Part shown: positions 60,052-64,000 of the stretch, piece by piece
Layout: every line of letters begins with the position of its first letter
Position numbering within the stretch: the first letter of the stretch is position 1
Source of the DNA: Paecilomyces variotii
Taxonomy: Eukaryota
DNA: 64,000 nucleotides
Assembly (NCBI GenBank): GCA_004022145.1
Contig: RCNU01000002.1
Direction: 5' to 3' (one strand)
Notes under the pieces: generated by a model
Database searches by the model: none
What the model was told of the DNA's origin: nothing
The model's input: the letters and a program-made list of their open reading frames with translations, nothing else
Translations under genes and position numbers: made by a program

Positions 60052-60579
60052 TGTGGCTGGAGAAGTACAGACATGCGGCGAGTCTAGATGGACATGACAG
60101 ACAAAGTAAATCAGAAAGAGGACAGGTAAAGGGATGAGGCTGTCTCCAGACGTGAATCGGAAGGACTGCAAGTAATTATCCTAGGGCCATCTCCAATTCG
60201 TTGACTGAACAGCTGAAAGGAAGCCCCGAAGTCCCGACTCCGACCGGGCGGTGCACGCGGCGCAGCACGCGAGATACTAGGTAAAGTAAGTAGAGGATGC
60301 GAGGGCCTTGTCTCGGCACCGTACTTTCTCCGGTTCCCGGCGCGAAGCTGTGAGTGAGCGCAAGTGCAGCTTGTCTGAGCTCCAGTCGCTCGTTCAACGC
60401 CTTGATTCGGTTCCCCGCAGTCCATGTGGTGACGGAAGCGCAAGATTAATCCGAACTTTGCTAAACCAGAGCGCTTCAAAGTGCTGGTACAATTTATCCC
60501 TAAGCGTCAGGACGCCACGTCAAGCAGGAGCGCCGTTGGTAAAGAGGGGTTCCGATCCTGACAACATATCGCTGGCAAC

Positions 60580-61092
60580 ATGGTAACTATCACCTTACCA
60601 CCTTATTTTGGAGTGTACTTCCACTATATTACGAGTTGCGCGAGATTGCTAACAGTCCTACGCTGCACAGTTGCCATTAGGTCTATTGACGGCCGCTCAG
60701 GGCCACCCGATGCTGGTCGAGCTGAAGAATGGAGAGACCCTGAACGGACATCTGGTCCAGTGTGATAACTGGATGAATCTGACACTCAAAGAAGTCGTCC
60801 AGACCAGTCCGGAAGGAGACCGCTTCTTCAGATTGCCGGAAGTCTACGTCAGAGGTAACAACGTACGTCGTCATCTAGCAATGGTAAAACGCATATACAA
60901 TAGACCGCTGACTACGTCCAGATCAAATACCTACGAGTTCCCGAGGAGATCATAGACCTAGTCAGGGAGCAGCAGCAGAACCAACCCTCAAATCGCGGTC
61001 GCGGTGGCCCACAACGTGGTGAAGGCCGAGAACGGGGTCGCGGCGGTGGCCGTGGCGGACGAGGTCGTGGTCGGGGAAGAGGTGGCAGCTAG
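60580..61092 (+). CDS. LSM4: U6 snRNA-associated Sm-like protein Lsm4
   Basis: ATG alone, then intron 60583-60670, then [35 protein letters not shown]. Intron 60863-60921, then [10 protein letters not shown] and an RGG-rich tail. Confidence 0.96.
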
Positions 61093-61438
61093 AGGATTTC
61101 ATTTAGAGTGGAGAGGATGGAATTATACCCCGTTGGAGGTGGCACGGACGAAATGACATGAAGCTTGTGGTTTGGCGGGTTAGTCCAGCATGGCTTTGGC
61201 GTAATGGCTCTGTACTGTAACCGGTCTTGACAGCAACAGCTCAAATGTTGTAATCAATTGATAACGACGACAATAAATACCATATCTTTTAGTTCAAATA
61301 TCCTATCTTAGTTAAATAACGCTATTCCGTGAATTGCAGAGATGGATCCCTCACGTATCACGTGATATCATTTTATGTTCGAATATGCGGACCTCCAAAG
61401 GAACATGGACTCTCCGCAAGCGCGCTCAGTCTCTCGCA

Positions 61439-63528
61439 ATGCCACACAGAGGGCTCATAGTCGACGGACTATGGCGATGTCTCTGTCCTTCATTTAATCC
61501 TATTTCTTTCAAGAATGCAACTACCCTGTCAGCCTCCTTGAGGCGGACTCAATCGTTGTGCGCGGTCAAGAGCGCGTCCGTACGCTCAAAATCGGCTTTT
61601 GCACGACGACCCTACAGCACGAATCCCACCCACGATGCAACGAATGTGAACCAGTCAAAGCTAGAAGCCTCCAATCTTTCCACCTTGCAAGATGCGCACG
61701 AGTCAAAACAAGAAGAAGAGCAAGCAAAAGACGAGAGCCAAAATGAAGCTCCTCCGAAGTTGAAGTTCAAACGGGTTATGGTACGAAAGCCGTCGCGGGC
61801 CACATTCGGTGTGCCAAAAGATCTGGAACAAAGATCGACTACCAATCTGGAGAATTTGCTTCAGAAACTGGTGGCAAAGTCGCCTAATATCCGCGGCGCA
61901 ACCCAGATTCTACGTATTCTGATCCGAGACCGCAATGTCCGTCCGGAGGTTCGTCATTATCGGGCCCTGATACTCGCCAACACGGATGCTCGATACGGGT
62001 CGCCGGAAAATGTGCGGAATCTGTTGAAAGAGATGGAGAATAATGGGATCCCAGCTGATTCCGGGACACTCCATGCTGCTTTACGGGTGAGCTCGTTTTC
62101 GTCTAGTGCTAGTCGCGGGATATACTAATTGCTTTTCTTTTTTAACTGGAATAGGCCGTGGCAGTTCATCCAGATTATCTGCTGCGCCAGGAGATACTCT
62201 ATACTCTTCGAGATCGGTGGCTATCCCTAAGCCCCTCTGGATGGCATCATGTTGTCGCGGGGTTGATCCGAGAACATCAATTCGAGCTGGCGCTGGATCA
62301 TATTGCGCATATGGAACGGAAGGACATCCCGGTGGAAAGCTGGTTGCACAGTCTGTTGGTTTACAATCTATGTGAGGTGGAGGAGTTCGATGAAGTCTTG
62401 AACTTAATGCGAGGCCGGGTAAACCAGGGCCATGAGATGACATTGAACCTATGGTTATATGTCCTTGACCTGGCAAGCGAGGCCTTACACCATGAACTGA
62501 CAACTTATGTCTGGACGCGTGTCGTTGAGTTGGGCTATTTGAACCCATCCAGAGGAGTTTGTAGCAACGTACTGACACTTGCTTCACGAACGGGGGACAC
62601 TGAACTCGCTGCTTCCGTCCTCCGCTTCTTTGAGAAGACCGGAGTGCCATTCTCTTTGGAGGATTACGAGAAATTCGTCGAAACGCATCTCATGGCAGGA
62701 GATCTTTATACCGCATTCAACATCCTCTGTGGCATGCACGAATCGGGTACTGAACTTGAAGAAAGCTCAGTCCGTGGTATACTCACCTACATGATCCGGA
62801 CGGGCACGCAACCTCGAGATGCTTGGGCGATGCTGAAACGGATAAAGTCCTCGGGCAAGAGTGTGCCCATCGGTTGCGCGAACGTTGTCATTGAACTCTG
62901 CGAGCACGCATCTCCAGACGGCGATTCAGCCGTAGATCAGGCAATTCGATTCTATAAGGAACTCTACACATTGTGCCCTGGTGGTGCTGATGTGGCGACC
63001 TACAACTCTATCATACAGATATGCCGAAACGCCAAAGATACCCAGGCGTGCATGTTTGTCATCAAGGAAATGGCTGCACTAGGGGTTTCGCCGGATGCCA
63101 CGACATTTGAGCGCTTGATCCAGATGAGTCTGGATTCAGGAAATTTCCAGTCTGGGCTCATGTACTTCAGGGACATGACGGAACGCGGCTTCACTCTGAA
63201 CACAGCCGCTGAGACTGAAATCTGGAAGCAGTGTCAACAATCAGAAGACGAGTTTGCCTCTCTGCTCAGGTCGAGTCTTCAGACTGATATGGATCATAAG
63301 AAACGCGAATCAAGAACAGAGATGATGTCGGAACTGGCAGGATTGATTGATCTCGATGGTATGCCGGCAGAAGACGCTAGCAATCCGGCCGGGAAGCGGC
63401 CTAGTGAGTGGATGAAGTTGAGAGAACAAAGGAGGCGGATGTGGAGGGATCTCCGCAAAGCCGCTGGACTTAGTCCGGACAGGTCGAGAAGAAGGCAGTC
63501 AGCAATCGCCCAAAGGAGCAAACACTAG
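61439..63528 (+). CDS. Pentatricopeptide-repeat protein, probably mitochondrial
   Basis: N-terminus IVDGLWRCLCPSF with presequence-like basic/Ser region. PPR-like units (PEVRHYRALILAN, ADVATYNSIIQIC, PDATTFERLIQM). Intron 62087-62154. An upstream in-frame ATG at 61385 is possible. Confidence 0.85.
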
Positions 63529-64000
63529 ATAGAACGGATGAAGGACGGATCTCTACCGATATGGATGAATGGGAAGCCAACAAGGAGCAAACTCATAGAT
63601 ATCGGCCGTTCCGAAAAGCATCATTCACATGAGCTATGCTTTTCTAGTCTTGAAAATGTATTATATATTGATGATAAAACTAAGTATTACTTAGTGCCAG
63701 CTAGATACCCTATCAATGACTATCTTGTCACTTTTGTGTAACAATGACTCGAGAAATGAGAATGCCCGATGCAATCGCCCATAGAACAAACTATTTGGCC
63801 TAACACTTAACGTAATAATTGAGCCATAATGAAAGACAACTCATATCAGAACATGTAAGCTTTGTCAGTGTTGCTTTTCTTTTCTTTTCTCTCTCTCTTT
63901 TTTTTTGTTTCTGTTCTAGCACCAGCTGCTGGTTTGCTTGCGTGCTATTTTGGGTTCGACAACTCTCATGGCCTATAGTTAGTTAGTTGGTCGCCCAGCT

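Noticed and set aside
1..64000. Stop-codon readthrough (TGA-CTA) or cryptic PTS1 signals, CRISPR arrays, Starship/transposon genes, secondary-metabolite cluster
   Set aside because: The stop contexts I checked lack the readthrough motif. No spaced repeats, recombinase, transposase, PKS or NRPS genes are present.

Overview
Gene-dense, intron-containing fungal nuclear DNA, about 50% GC, with short GT-AG introns and CTRAC-like branch points. The protein sequences look Eurotiomycete/Eurotiales-like (inference). I can support 22 protein-coding genes, mostly conserved housekeeping genes. In order: RFC1 (5'-truncated), SIN1/AVO1, PKA catalytic subunit, TIM13, L-type lectin cargo receptor, NFKBIL1-like HPD protein, PRCC-like protein, intronless midasin, CLC anion transporter, PRO3, CTK3, BUD21-like, RMD1-like, INO80F-like, mitochondrial phosphate carrier, Zn2Cys6 transcription factor, F-box/WD40 protein, ZIP9/ATX2-like transporter, HAT1, an unknown type-I membrane protein, LSM4 and a PPR protein. 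I found no tRNA, rRNA, CRISPR array, intact transposon or secondary-metabolite cluster, and no clearly new multi-gene system. The best leads are finer-scale: (1) a CLC whose proton-glutamate position is Gln; (2) an ~890-nt ATG-free region plus one short uORF ahead of PKA; (3) a TAGTAG acceptor whose proximal AG would create a stop codon; (4) a 6-nt micro-exon; (5) a recurrent TAGTTAACTA/TAACTA intergenic motif; (6) a divergent pair of putative splicing-associated genes. Exon boundaries were read by eye and are predictions.
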